DNA from: an uncultured Ruminococcus sp.
GTDB taxonomy: Bacteria > Actinomycetota > Coriobacteriia > Coriobacteriales > Coriobacteriaceae
DNA: 64,000 nt
Assembly (NCBI GenBank): GCA_963604655.1
Contig: CAVCRP010000002.1
Span: 45,259 to 109,258, forward strand
Direction: 5' to 3'
The notes beneath the pieces are model-generated. The model searched no databases and was not told where the DNA came from. It saw only the letters and a list, made by a program, of their open reading frames with translations. Every line of letters begins with the position of its first letter. The stretch's first letter is position 1. Position numbers and translations under genes: made by a program. This document shows positions 8,245 to 16,711 of this stretch, in pieces.

Positions 8245-8287
8245 AACCTACCAAAAGGGGACAGGTTTATTTTGGTCGGTTTTATCT
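8245..8287 (+). repeat. 43-nt palindromic element, copy 1 (copy 2 is inverted at 30492-30534)
   Basis: AACCTACCAAAAGGGGACAGGTTTATTTTGGTCGGTTTTATCT. By manual alignment 40 of 43 nt are identical to the reverse complement of 30492-30534. It forms a 12-bp stem (AACCTACCAAAA / TTTTGGTCGGTT). Confidence 0.65.
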
Positions 8288-8314
8288 GGGCAAACGTGGT
8301 CGTCTATCGCAATA

Positions 8315-8370
8315 TGGTCGTTGGGGACGTTCTTGTTTGACTAGTCGTTTAAGAACGTCCCCAACGACTA
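8315..8370. repeat. Perfect 18-bp inverted repeat (hairpin)
   Basis: GTCGTTGGGGACGTTCTT (8317-8334), a 16-nt loop, then AAGAACGTCCCCAACGAC (8351-8368). Confidence 0.6.
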
Positions 8371-8378
8371 CATAGCAT

Positions 8379-8448
8379 GAGAGTGGATAATCTCCCGGTT
8401 TGAGTCTGCATTCAAGCTCAAAGTGGGAGATTATCCACTCTCGTTTTT
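8379..8448 (+). terminator. Strong plus-strand intrinsic terminator (18-bp perfect stem + T5)
   Basis: GAGAGTGGATAATCTCCC (8379-8396) pairs with GGGAGATTATCCACTCTC (8425-8442), with an inner TTTGAG/CTCAAA stem, followed by GTTTTTG. The U-run exists only on the plus strand, 8 nt from the pdxT stop. Confidence 0.55.
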
Positions 8449-8455
8449 GTTCTAC

Positions 8456-9043
8456 CTACATTTGTAGGAACAGTTCGTGGAGGCGGGTGTCTTCATCGAG
8501 TTCGGGGTGGAAGGTTACGCCGAGCTGGTTGCCCTGGCGGGCGGCGACGATGCGGCCATCGACCTCTGCCAAGGCCTTGGCGTCGCCGTGGACCTCGACG
8601 ATGCGGGGCGCGCGGATAAATGTCAGCGGCACTTCACCGTCGATACCGCCTACCTGCCCCTTGGTGCGAAAGCTGCCGAGCTGTCTGCCGTAAGCATTGC
8701 GCTCAACGAGCACATCCATGGTTGCCAAGCGCGGCGTCCCCTTATCGTCGTGGGAGGCAAGATCGCGCGCCAACAGAATCAAGCCGGCGCAGGTGCCCAG
8801 GACGGGCATGCCCTCAACAATGCGGGTGCGAAGCTCATCGAGCATACCAAGCTCGGCAAGTAACTTGCCCTGAACGGTGGACTCGCCGCCGGGAAGTACC
8901 AGGCGGTCAAAGTTCTGCTGCAAATCGGCCGCCTGCCTCATCTCGATACAACGTGCGCCCAGCTCGGACAGTCTTGCCTCGTGCTCGGCAAAAGCGCCCT
9001 GGACCGCCAGCACGGCGACCGTTTGGTCTGCATAATCGCTCAT
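8456..9043 (-). CDS. pdxT: pyridoxal 5'-phosphate synthase glutaminase subunit PdxT
   Basis: 195 aa, VAVLAVQGAFAEHEARL...LVLPGGESTVQGKLL...GTCAG... The class I amidotransferase triad context lies directly downstream of pdxS. Confidence 0.95.
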   Translation of the reverse strand: MSDYADQTVAVLAVQGAFAEHEARLSELGARCIEMRQAADLQQNFDRLVLPGGESTVQGKLLAELGMLDELRTRIVEGMPVLGTCAGLILLARDLASHDDKGTPRLATMDVLVERNAYGRQLGSFRTKGQVGGIDGEVPLTFIRAPRIVEVHGDAKALAEVDGRIVAARQGNQLGVTFHPELDEDTRLHELFLQM

Positions 9044-9063
9044 GTGCGATCCTTTCTGCTGGA

Positions 9064-9954
9064 CTAGCGCCCGCGCTCCTCCATGATGATCTCGATTTCG
9101 TCGGCGTTGATGCCCACCATGGCCTCGCCCAGGTCCTCCGAAAGCTCGGCGATGAGCTTGGCGTCGGTGAAGTTTGCCACGGCCTTGACGATGGCGGCGG
9201 CGCGCTTGGCGGGGTCGCCGCTCTTAAAGATGCCCGAGCCAACAAAGACGCCCTCGGCGCCCAGCTGCATCATCAGCGCGGCGTCGGCGGGGGTCGCGAC
9301 TCCGCCGGCCGCAAAGTTTACGACGGGGAGCTTGCCCGTGGCATGGACCTCGCGCACCAGCTCGACCGGAACCTGCAGCTGCTTGGCTGCCTCAAAGAGC
9401 TCGTCGTCGCGCAGGGCAACAACGTCGCGGATCTGCTTTTGGATCTTGCGCATGTGACGCACGGCCTGAACGACGTCGCCCGTGCCCGGCTCGCCCTTGG
9501 TACGAATCATCGTGGCGCCCTCAGCAACACGGCGCAACGCCTCGCCCAGATCGCGGGCGCCGCAGACAAACGGCACGTCAAACTGGGTCTTGTCGATGTG
9601 ATAGACATCATCGGCGGGGGAGAGGACCTCGGATTCGTCGATGTAGTCGATTTCGATGGCCTGCAGGATCTGCGCCTCGACAATGTGGCCGATGCGGCAC
9701 TTGGCCATAACGGGGATGGAGACAGCTTTTTGGATGCCCTTGATCATCTTGGGATCACTCATGCGCGAGACGCCGCCTGCGGCGCGGATGTCGGCCGGGA
9801 TGCGCTCGAGCGCCATGACGGCGCAGGCGCCCGCCTCTTCGGCGATGCGTGCCTGCTCGGGCGTGGTGACGTCCATGATGACGCCGCCCTTGAGCATCTG
9901 CGCGAGCTCGCGGTTGAGTTTAACGCGATCGGCCTTGCTGGTCTGTTCTGCCAT
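9064..9954 (-). CDS. pdxS: pyridoxal 5'-phosphate synthase lyase subunit PdxS
   Basis: [57 protein letters not shown] is the canonical PdxS N-terminus. ATG at 9954 is preceded by AAGGGAG. The 5' extension of the track ORF to 9996 is unlikely. Confidence 0.95.
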   Translation of the reverse strand: MAEQTSKADRVKLNRELAQMLKGGVIMDVTTPEQARIAEEAGACAVMALERIPADIRAAGGVSRMSDPKMIKGIQKAVSIPVMAKCRIGHIVEAQILQAIEIDYIDESEVLSPADDVYHIDKTQFDVPFVCGARDLGEALRRVAEGATMIRTKGEPGTGDVVQAVRHMRKIQKQIRDVVALRDDELFEAAKQLQVPVELVREVHATGKLPVVNFAAGGVATPADAALMMQLGAEGVFVGSGIFKSGDPAKRAAAIVKAVANFTDAKLIAELSEDLGEAMVGINADEIEIIMEERGR

Positions 9955-10046
9955 GGTTGCTCCCTTGGTTGGCATGTGCATTGCTTGACGGAACATCCTA
10001 TCGGGGAGCTGGGTATGGCGAAATACTCAGTTTTCGAGATAATAAC

Positions 10047-10088
10047 AAGGTCAGAGTAATACCAGATTGAATGACTCGATAAGGTCAG
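10047..10088 (+). promoter_or_regulatory. Direct repeat AAGGTCAG x2 with 34-bp start-to-start spacing; candidate PdxR (MocR) operator
   Basis: AAGGTCAG occurs at 10047-10054 and 10081-10088 in the pdxS-pdxR divergent intergenic region, the second copy 12 nt before the pdxR ATG. An ATACCA hexamer lies between them. Confidence 0.4.
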
Positions 10089-10099
10089 GTGACAAACTC

Positions 10100-11515
10100 A
10101 TGCTTGACTATAATTTGGAAAACCGCGGCGAAGCATCGCTCTATGAGTATGTTTACCAGCAAATTCGAGATGATATCGTTGCTGGACGCATTGCGGCGGG
10201 GGAGCATCTTCCGTCTAAGCGCGCCTTTGCGAGTCATCTGGGTATCAGTGTCATTACTATCGAGAATGCATATAGCCAGTTGCTTGCCGAGGGCTATATT
10301 TGCTCAATGCCGCGTCGTGGCTACTACGCTTGCGAGCTTCCTGAGGCCCCGGTTCTGGCTTCGGCCGAGACAGAGCTCGATCGAGATTACGCTACCGCGG
10401 GCCTTAACGCGCATGATATTGGTGAGCAACCTGAGCAATTCGCCGCGCTTTCTCCTTCCGCCTTGGAAGCCGCGCGTCTCTGGCAAAGCGCTCTGCGGGC
10501 GACGTTGACGTCCGAAGATGAGCGCGAAATTTTCTCGCCCGCGCCTGCGCAGGGTACCGCGCGGCTGCGGTGCGCAATTGCACATCATCTTCGCGGGACG
10601 AGGGGCATGAATGTCAATCCCGACAACATCGTCATCGGTGCGGGCGCTCAGCTGCTTGACACGATGCTGGTTCAGCTGCTTGGCGCGGACAAGACATACG
10701 CCGTCGAGGACCCGGGCTACTTGCGTCTGACGCGCATCTATCAGGCCATGGGCTGCGAAGTGCGGCATGTCCCGTTGGATGGTGAGGGAGTTAACTTGGG
10801 CGAGCTGCTCGATGCCGGGGCGGACGTCCTTCACCTTATGCCGTCTCATCAATATCCGACTGGCTTGGTGACGAGCATCGCACGTCGCTACGCACTCCTG
10901 AGCTGGGCTGCCGAGCGGCCGGGTCGATATCTCATTGAGGACGATTTCGATTGCGAGTTTCGCCTTGCCGGCAAACCGATCCCCGCACTCGCGTCGATTG
11001 ATGCTGCCCAATCGGTCATCTACACCAATACCTTTTCGAAAAGCCTGTCGTCGGCCCTGCGTTTGGCGTATATGGTCCTGCCCGATGAGCTCATGGAACG
11101 ATTCAGGCGTGAATTGGGTTTTTATGCCTCATCGGTCAGCTCCGTAGATCAGGTGGCGTTGGCGCGCTTGCTCGAATCGGGTGATTACGAGCGACATGTG
11201 AACCGCGTGCGCGTTCGTGCTCGTGAGGCGCGCGATGGTTTGGCGACGCTTGTGCGGAAGGCGTTTCCGGCGGGGGAGGTCTCGATCGAGCATGCAGACG
11301 CGGGCCTTTACTGTGTTTTGGCGCCGGCAAGCGACAAGGCGGGGGATGGCCTTATTCGTGTTATCGCCGATGTCGGCATCCCTTACGTCAACATTGATGA
11401 TTGTCTATGGGCAAACGATCGGACGACGAACCAGCCGACCACGCGCCGCATCCTTATTCAATACGACGACCTAAGCCCTCAAGTGCTCGGTGCGCTGCAC
11501 AAGCAGCTGCAATAA
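10100..11515 (+). CDS. pdxR: MocR/PdxR-type regulator (GntR wHTH fused to aminotransferase-like domain)
   Basis: MLDYNLENRGEASLYEYVYQQIRDDIVAGRIAAGEHLPSKRAFASHLGISVITIENAYSQLLAEGY is a GntR HTH, followed by a fold-type I aminotransferase domain (...YTNTFSKSLSSALRLAY...). It is divergent from pdxST, the classic PdxR arrangement. Confidence 0.85.
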   Translation: MLDYNLENRGEASLYEYVYQQIRDDIVAGRIAAGEHLPSKRAFASHLGISVITIENAYSQLLAEGYICSMPRRGYYACELPEAPVLASAETELDRDYATAGLNAHDIGEQPEQFAALSPSALEAARLWQSALRATLTSEDEREIFSPAPAQGTARLRCAIAHHLRGTRGMNVNPDNIVIGAGAQLLDTMLVQLLGADKTYAVEDPGYLRLTRIYQAMGCEVRHVPLDGEGVNLGELLDAGADVLHLMPSHQYPTGLVTSIARRYALLSWAAERPGRYLIEDDFDCEFRLAGKPIPALASIDAAQSVIYTNTFSKSLSSALRLAYMVLPDELMERFRRELGFYASSVSSVDQVALARLLESGDYERHVNRVRVRAREARDGLATLVRKAFPAGEVSIEHADAGLYCVLAPASDKAGDGLIRVIADVGIPYVNIDDCLWANDRTTNQPTTRRILIQYDDLSPQVLGALHKQLQ

Positions 11516-11522
11516 GGGCATG

Positions 11523-11555
11523 AAAAAAGCCCGGACCATGCGGTCCGGGCCTTAT
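11523..11555. terminator. Bidirectional terminator between pdxR and rubrerythrin
   Basis: AAAAAA-GCCCGGACC-atgc-GGTCCGGGC-CTTAT. The A-run upstream gives a U-run for the minus-strand gene. Confidence 0.65.
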
Positions 11556-11586
11556 CGAGCTAAAGATTATCTCTCAGGCGGTTGGC

Positions 11587-12147
11587 TTAGCCAAAGTAGC
11601 GCTTGAGCAGGCCGGCGAAAGCCTTGCCGTGGCGAGCCTCGTCGCGAGCCATCTCGTGCACGGTGTCGTGGATGGCATCGAGACCAGCGGCCTTGGCGCG
11701 CTTGGCAAGATCGGTCTTGCCGGCGGTTGCGCCGTTTTCGGCCTCAACACGCATCTCGAGGTTCTTCTTGGTGGAGTCGGTCACGACCTCGCCCAGGAGC
11801 TCTGCGAACTTGGCGGCATGCTCGGCCTCCTCGTAGGCAGCCTTCTCCCAGTACAGGCCGATCTCGGGATAGCCCTCGCGATGAGCGACGCGAGCCATGG
11901 CCAGGTACATACCGACCTCGGAGCACTCGCCCTCAAAGTTGGCGCGCAGGTCGGCAACGATATCCTCGGAGACGCCCTCCATCTTGGCGACGCCCACGAC
12001 GTGCTCGGCAGCCCACTCGAGCTGGCCCTCCTCCTGCTTCAGGAAACGAGAACCGGGGACGCCGCACTGGGGGCACTTGAAGTCCTCGGGCAGCTGGTCG
12101 CCGTCGAACTCTTCCACATAACCGCAAACGGGGCAAACAAACTTCAT
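11587..12147 (-). CDS. reverse rubrerythrin (N-terminal rubredoxin-like domain + ferritin-like diiron domain)
   Basis: [14 protein letters not shown]...[13 protein letters not shown] carries two CxxC pairs. It is followed by ExxH diiron motifs ([10 protein letters not shown]..., [21 protein letters not shown]). ATG at 12147 has an AAAGGA SD. Confidence 0.9.
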   Translation of the reverse strand: MKFVCPVCGYVEEFDGDQLPEDFKCPQCGVPGSRFLKQEEGQLEWAAEHVVGVAKMEGVSEDIVADLRANFEGECSEVGMYLAMARVAHREGYPEIGLYWEKAAYEEAEHAAKFAELLGEVVTDSTKKNLEMRVEAENGATAGKTDLAKRAKAAGLDAIHDTVHEMARDEARHGKAFAGLLKRYFG

Positions 12148-12404
12148 GATTCGATCCTTTCGATCGATGGCGATGGGGCGCTTATCCGGTCCCGTAAGGG
12201 CCCTCTCCGGACGCGCGTCTTGACGAGTTCTATTATCCATAAATGAGACTGAATGTGAAGCCTATTAGGAATGATTTTTAATAAAACAATTTAGGACATG
12301 TGAAGATGTTGATTGATTAACGATTACCGGGCCACCTGCGACCATCGATGAGTACAATCGGTCGAGCAAATGTTGACCCATCAACAAATGAAGGAGTTTC
12401 CTTT

Positions 12405-13625
12405 ATGCATCTAGCCCGTCGTGCCTGGTGCCGAACATATCAGACGGTTTTTCGCATTGCTTTGCCGATCCTGCCCTATACCGAGCCGCGTATTTTGGAG
12501 CATGCCGAGGATGTGCCCGCGGTACTTAAAAAGCGTTCGATTCAGCGTGTGCTCATCGTGACAGACCCCGGTATTGCCCGTTTGGGGCTCACGGCGCCGC
12601 TCGAGCGCGCGCTCGCGTCCAAGGGGATTGGCGTTACGGTCTACGCCGAAACGCGTGCGAACCCCACGGTCTCGAATGTGGAGGAAGCGGCGGCATTGTA
12701 TCGTGAGAACGACTGCCGGGCCATTATCGGCTTTGGTGGCGGTTCGGCCATGGACTGCGCCAAGGGCGTGGGCGCGCGCATTGCGCAGCCAAACAAGCCC
12801 ATCAACAAGATGCGCGGCCTGTTGCGCGTTCACCGTCTCCTGCCGCTGCTTATCGCGGTTCCCACTACCGCCGGTACGGGAAGCGAAGTCACGCTCGCGG
12901 CGGTGATTACCGACGACGAGACGCACTATAAGTATCCCATTAACGACTTTGTGCTCATTCCGCGCTTTGCGGTGCACGACCCCGAGTTTACGCGTGGGTT
13001 GCCAGCGTCCATTACGGGGCAGACGGGTATGGATGCCCTGACGCATGCCGTCGAGGCCTTTATTGGTCGCAGCACCACGCCCTACACGCGCAAGATGGCA
13101 CGCCAAGCGGTTCAGCTCATCCACGACAATTTGCTCGAGGCTTATGAGCATGGCGACAACATGCGTGCGCGCCGCAATATGCTTTCGGCGGCGTATAAGG
13201 CGGGTGTCGCATTTACGCGCTCCTATGTCGGATACGTGCATGCCATCGCGCACAGCCTGGGCGGCCGATACGGCGTTCCGCACGGTCTGGCCAACGCCAT
13301 CATCCTGCCGCACATGCTTCGCGCTTATGGTGAAACTGCAGCTCCCAAGCTTGCCGATCTTGCTCGCATGGCGGGCATTGCGCCGGCTAACGCACAGGAC
13401 GGCTTGGCTGCCGAGGCCTTTATCGATTGGGTCGATCGCATGAACGAGGCCCTGGGTATCCCCAAATATGTCTCGGGTATTCGCCGCTCTGATATTCCGC
13501 AAATGGCGGCCCATGCCGATGCCGAGGCGAATCCGCTGTACCCTGTCCCGCTTTTGATGGACCGTTTGGAGCTCGAGCATATGTACGAGGTCGTCGCGGG
13601 CGGTATGTTTGAGGACGAGAACTAG
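12405..13625 (+). CDS. iron-containing (group III) alcohol dehydrogenase
   Basis: GFGGGSAMDCAKG, the PTTAGTGSE glycine-rich NAD motif and His-rich metal site HAIAHSLGGRYGVPHG. ATG at 12405 follows AAGGAG. Confidence 0.85.
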   Translation: MHLARRAWCRTYQTVFRIALPILPYTEPRILEHAEDVPAVLKKRSIQRVLIVTDPGIARLGLTAPLERALASKGIGVTVYAETRANPTVSNVEEAAALYRENDCRAIIGFGGGSAMDCAKGVGARIAQPNKPINKMRGLLRVHRLLPLLIAVPTTAGTGSEVTLAAVITDDETHYKYPINDFVLIPRFAVHDPEFTRGLPASITGQTGMDALTHAVEAFIGRSTTPYTRKMARQAVQLIHDNLLEAYEHGDNMRARRNMLSAAYKAGVAFTRSYVGYVHAIAHSLGGRYGVPHGLANAIILPHMLRAYGETAAPKLADLARMAGIAPANAQDGLAAEAFIDWVDRMNEALGIPKYVSGIRRSDIPQMAAHADAEANPLYPVPLLMDRLELEHMYEVVAGGMFEDEN

Positions 13626-13632
13626 GAGGGCC

Positions 13633-15012
13633 ATGAACACCGAGGAGATCGCGCGCATCGTTAGCGATCAGCGCGCCTATTTTAAGACGCATGCCACGTT
13701 TGATGTCGACGCTCGTTGCCGCGCGCTCGTGCGCCTGCGCGATGCGGTTCGGGCGCACGAGGACGATATCGCCCATGCGCTCAAGACCGATTTGGGCAAG
13801 TCGCATGACGAGGCGTATATGTGCGAGATTGGCACATCGCTTTCCGAGATTCGCCATCAGATCGCGCATGTGGCCCGATGGAGTCGCGCCCGCCTGCGCC
13901 CGTGCGACCTTGCCAATGCCATTAGCGTGTGCAAAACGCAGCCGGTTCCCTATGGCGTGACGCTGATCATGGCGCCTTGGAACTACCCGTTTTTGCTGAC
14001 GCTGGAGCCGCTTGCTGGTGCGCTCGCCGCGGGCAATACCGTAGTGATCAAGCCGAGCGCTTATGCGCCGGCCTCGAGTGCGGTGCTCAGGCAGATTTGC
14101 GAGGAAGCGTTTGATCCGCGCCTGGTGACGGTCGTCGAGGGCGGACGTGCCGAGAACGAGGCGCTGCTCGATGAGTGCTGGGACAGGATCTTCTTTACCG
14201 GTAGTGTTCCGGTCGGCAAACTTGTCATGGAACACGCGAGCAAAAATCTCACACCCGTGACGCTTGAGCTGGGTGGCAAGAGTCCCTGCATCGTGGATGC
14301 CTCCGCAAACTTGAAGGTGGCGGCACGCCGCATCGCCTTTGGCAAGTGGCTCAACGTGGGCCAAACCTGCGTGGCGCCCGACTACCTGTTGGTTGATGCG
14401 CGCGTGCACGACGAGCTGCTAGAGCTCATCAAGGAGGAGGTCCGTCGCATGTTTGGCGAGCACCCGCTTGACAACGAGGACTACGGACATATCGTCAACG
14501 CCAAGCATTTCGCGCGCGTACGCGGGCTGATTGACCCCGACAAGGTGGTGCTGGGAGGCACGGCACGCGAAGCCTCGCTCAAGATCGAGCCAACGATTTT
14601 GGATGGTGTGACCTCCGATGACGCTGTGATGCAGGAGGAGATTTTCGGCCCCATCTTGCCGGTGCTGACGTTTGATGACCTGGATGAGGTCGAGACGTTC
14701 ATCACGGATCGCCCGACGCCGCTGGCCCTGTATATCTTTAGCCAGGACCGTGCGGTTCAGCAGCGCTTTGTGCGCTACGTGCCCTTTGGCGGCGGCTGCG
14801 TCAACGACACCATCATGCACTTGGCCACGAGCCATATGGGCTTTGGCGGTATGGGCGCGAGCGGCATGGGGCAGTACCATGGCCGCGAGAGCTTCGATAC
14901 GTTTAGCCACAAGAAGAGCGTCGTGAACAAGGCAACGTGGCTGGATGTGCCGTTCCGCTACGCGCCCTACGCAAGCTGGAAGCACAAGTTCGTGCGCATG
15001 TTTGTGCACTAG
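13633..15012 (+). CDS. NAD(P)-dependent aldehyde dehydrogenase family protein
   Basis: FTGSVPVGKLVM, the ELGGKSPCIVD catalytic Glu motif and the GQTCVAPDY catalytic Cys motif. ATG at 13633 follows GGAGGG. Confidence 0.9.
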   Translation: MNTEEIARIVSDQRAYFKTHATFDVDARCRALVRLRDAVRAHEDDIAHALKTDLGKSHDEAYMCEIGTSLSEIRHQIAHVARWSRARLRPCDLANAISVCKTQPVPYGVTLIMAPWNYPFLLTLEPLAGALAAGNTVVIKPSAYAPASSAVLRQICEEAFDPRLVTVVEGGRAENEALLDECWDRIFFTGSVPVGKLVMEHASKNLTPVTLELGGKSPCIVDASANLKVAARRIAFGKWLNVGQTCVAPDYLLVDARVHDELLELIKEEVRRMFGEHPLDNEDYGHIVNAKHFARVRGLIDPDKVVLGGTAREASLKIEPTILDGVTSDDAVMQEEIFGPILPVLTFDDLDEVETFITDRPTPLALYIFSQDRAVQQRFVRYVPFGGGCVNDTIMHLATSHMGFGGMGASGMGQYHGRESFDTFSHKKSVVNKATWLDVPFRYAPYASWKHKFVRMFVH

Positions 15013-15020
15013 AAAAAGGC

Positions 15021-15054
15021 GCGGGTAATACGAACAAGTGTTCCTATTACCCGC
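15021..15054 (+). terminator. Hairpin after aldehyde dehydrogenase
   Basis: GCGGGTAATA-14 nt-TATTACCCGC followed by AATTTG. Confidence 0.5.
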
Positions 15055-15117
15055 AATTTGCGTTAGACTACTGCTATGGGGTACGGATGGGCCAACTCCC
15101 TTTAGAAGGGAATTGGT

Positions 15118-15201
15118 ATGAGCGTAAGCGATGTTATTTCGTTATTGGCGTTGTTGATCGCGGCTATCGAACTCGGCCTGTTTATCGGCCGAACGAAATA
15201 G
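15118..15201 (+). CDS. 27-aa hydrophobic peptide, type I toxin / holin-like-toxin-like small ORF
   Basis: ATG at 15118 lies 8 nt after GAAGGGAA and encodes MSVSDVISLLALLIAAIELGLFIGRTK, a single TM helix with a basic C-terminal end. It is below the 60-aa cutoff of the ORF track and lies in a 420-nt gap with no other convincing gene. Confidence 0.4.
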   Translation: MSVSDVISLLALLIAAIELGLFIGRTK

Positions 15202-15437
15202 CCGCCCCCGCGTAAGCGAAGACGGCCACTTCTCACGATGAAAACGTGCACTGGAGTTGGCAAGACCCGCTGCCACGGGTGCCATCCGTGCTCCTATCTT
15301 ATCTGCAAGCGCTCTGGCATGCAAGCGTTGCGGCAAACGGTCGAAAAGACCCGGGTTGGTCTATTTGTGTCCGCACGAGTTTGTAGACTTCTCAATAAGG
15401 TTAAGTGCCGGTTATTCCGGCCGTTAGAGGAGCTGCC

Positions 15438-15764
15438 ATGTACGAGCCTTCACGTGTTCTTTTATCGTTTCACATCGCTGGATTTCAGTATGCCGACGGC
15501 GCATTGGTTCTGGGCGATCTGAAAGCGGGCGATAAACTGACGCTGGGTGCCGAGCGCGATAACCCCCATGATCCCGAGGCGGTCGCGATCTATTACGGCA
15601 AGACTAAGCTCGGCTATGTTCCGGGAAACGAGGTCGGCCCGCTGTCCGTGATGATGTATTACGGGCACGAAGATGTGTTTGAAGCCCGCGTGCAGCAGGT
15701 TGCGCCCGAACGCAGCCCCTGGCATCAGGTGCGCGTTGGCCTTTATGTGGCGGATGCTCGCTAG
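15438..15764 (+). CDS. stand-alone HIRAN domain protein
   Basis: 108 aa: LLSFHIAGFQYADGALVLGDLKAGDKLTLGAERDNPHDPEAVAIYYGKTKLGYVP. The GxxY...NPxDxxAV...G.lGYvP pattern is that of HIRAN. ATG follows GAGGAG. Confidence 0.8.
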   Translation: MYEPSRVLLSFHIAGFQYADGALVLGDLKAGDKLTLGAERDNPHDPEAVAIYYGKTKLGYVPGNEVGPLSVMMYYGHEDVFEARVQQVAPERSPWHQVRVGLYVADAR

Positions 15765-15782
15765 CCGCTAGGGGAGGCTGTC

Positions 15783-15962
15783 ATGTTTGATGACGATGAC
15801 CTGTTTGATCTGACGGATGATCCGTTTGAGTGGGATCTGCTGCTCGATGACGATGAGCTGGAGCAGGATCGTAAAAAGCGGAAGGATAAGAACGCCCAAG
15901 GCGACGCATCGAAAAAGAATGACAAGCGCCGCCGTGGACTGTTTGGCGGGCTCTTTGGGTAA
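15783..15962 (+). CDS. 59-aa bipartite miniprotein (strongly acidic N-half, basic C-half ending GLFGGLFG)
   Basis: ATG at 15783 lies 7 nt after GGGGAGG and 18 nt after the HIRAN stop. It encodes MFDDDDLFDLTDDPFEWDLLLDDDELEQDRKKRKDKNAQGDASKKNDKRRRGLFGGLFG. It is absent from the ORF track because it is under 60 aa. Confidence 0.45.
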   Translation: MFDDDDLFDLTDDPFEWDLLLDDDELEQDRKKRKDKNAQGDASKKNDKRRRGLFGGLFG

Positions 15963-16028
15963 CCGCTGCGCCAAAGCGTCTGTATACTAGGCACGTGTTA
16001 GACGCGTTGCGAAATGAGGACACAGACG

Positions 16029-16574
16029 ATGATGTGGTTTACCGCCGACTTGCACTTGGGCGATACGAATATCCTGCACGATATGGATCGGCCGTTCGCC
16101 TCGGTCGAGGAGATGAACCGCAAGGTTATTGACGCCATTAACGAGTGTGTTGCTGCGGACGACCGCCTCTATATCCTGGGAGACTTTACGTATCGCCTGC
16201 CCATGGCGGAGGCCGTGTGCCTGCGTGAGCGTATTGCCTGCCAAAACGTCACGCTCATCCGTGGTAACCATGACGGCGATTGGGAAGATCCGGACGCGCC
16301 TCAAATTTGGGATGACGTGCGCGATTACCTGGAGATTGCCCCCGGCTACGCCAAGGGACATCGTCTGGTGATGAGCCATTACCCTATGCTCAGCTGGAAT
16401 GGCAAGGCCCGTGGCGCCATCATGCTGCACGGGCACATCCACAGCAGGGGAGACCGTACCAATACGCGCAACCGCGACCGAGAGCGCCCCATCTACCGCT
16501 ACGATGTGGGCCTCGACGCCAATGACTACAAGCCCGTAAGCCGAGATCAGATCTTAAGCTTCTTTGGGTTGTAG
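16029..16574 (+). CDS. calcineurin-like metallophosphoesterase family protein
   Basis: MWFTADLHLGD (motif I DxH), ILGDFTYR (GD), IRGNHD (GNHD) and LHGHIH (GH). The start could be ATG 16014; 16029 has GAGGA 8 nt upstream. Confidence 0.85.
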   Translation: MMWFTADLHLGDTNILHDMDRPFASVEEMNRKVIDAINECVAADDRLYILGDFTYRLPMAEAVCLRERIACQNVTLIRGNHDGDWEDPDAPQIWDDVRDYLEIAPGYAKGHRLVMSHYPMLSWNGKARGAIMLHGHIHSRGDRTNTRNRDRERPIYRYDVGLDANDYKPVSRDQILSFFGL

Positions 16575-16711
16575 CCCTCAAGCCACCACAAAGGGACAGA
16601 CACCTTTGTGGTGGTTTTGGCGCCGTAGCCATTCTGGCGGCGGCGCCTTTTTTGTCCGTGCGGCGCGGTAGAGTGTAGGCGGTTGAAATTTGCGTCCATC
16701 GAGGAGCTGCT

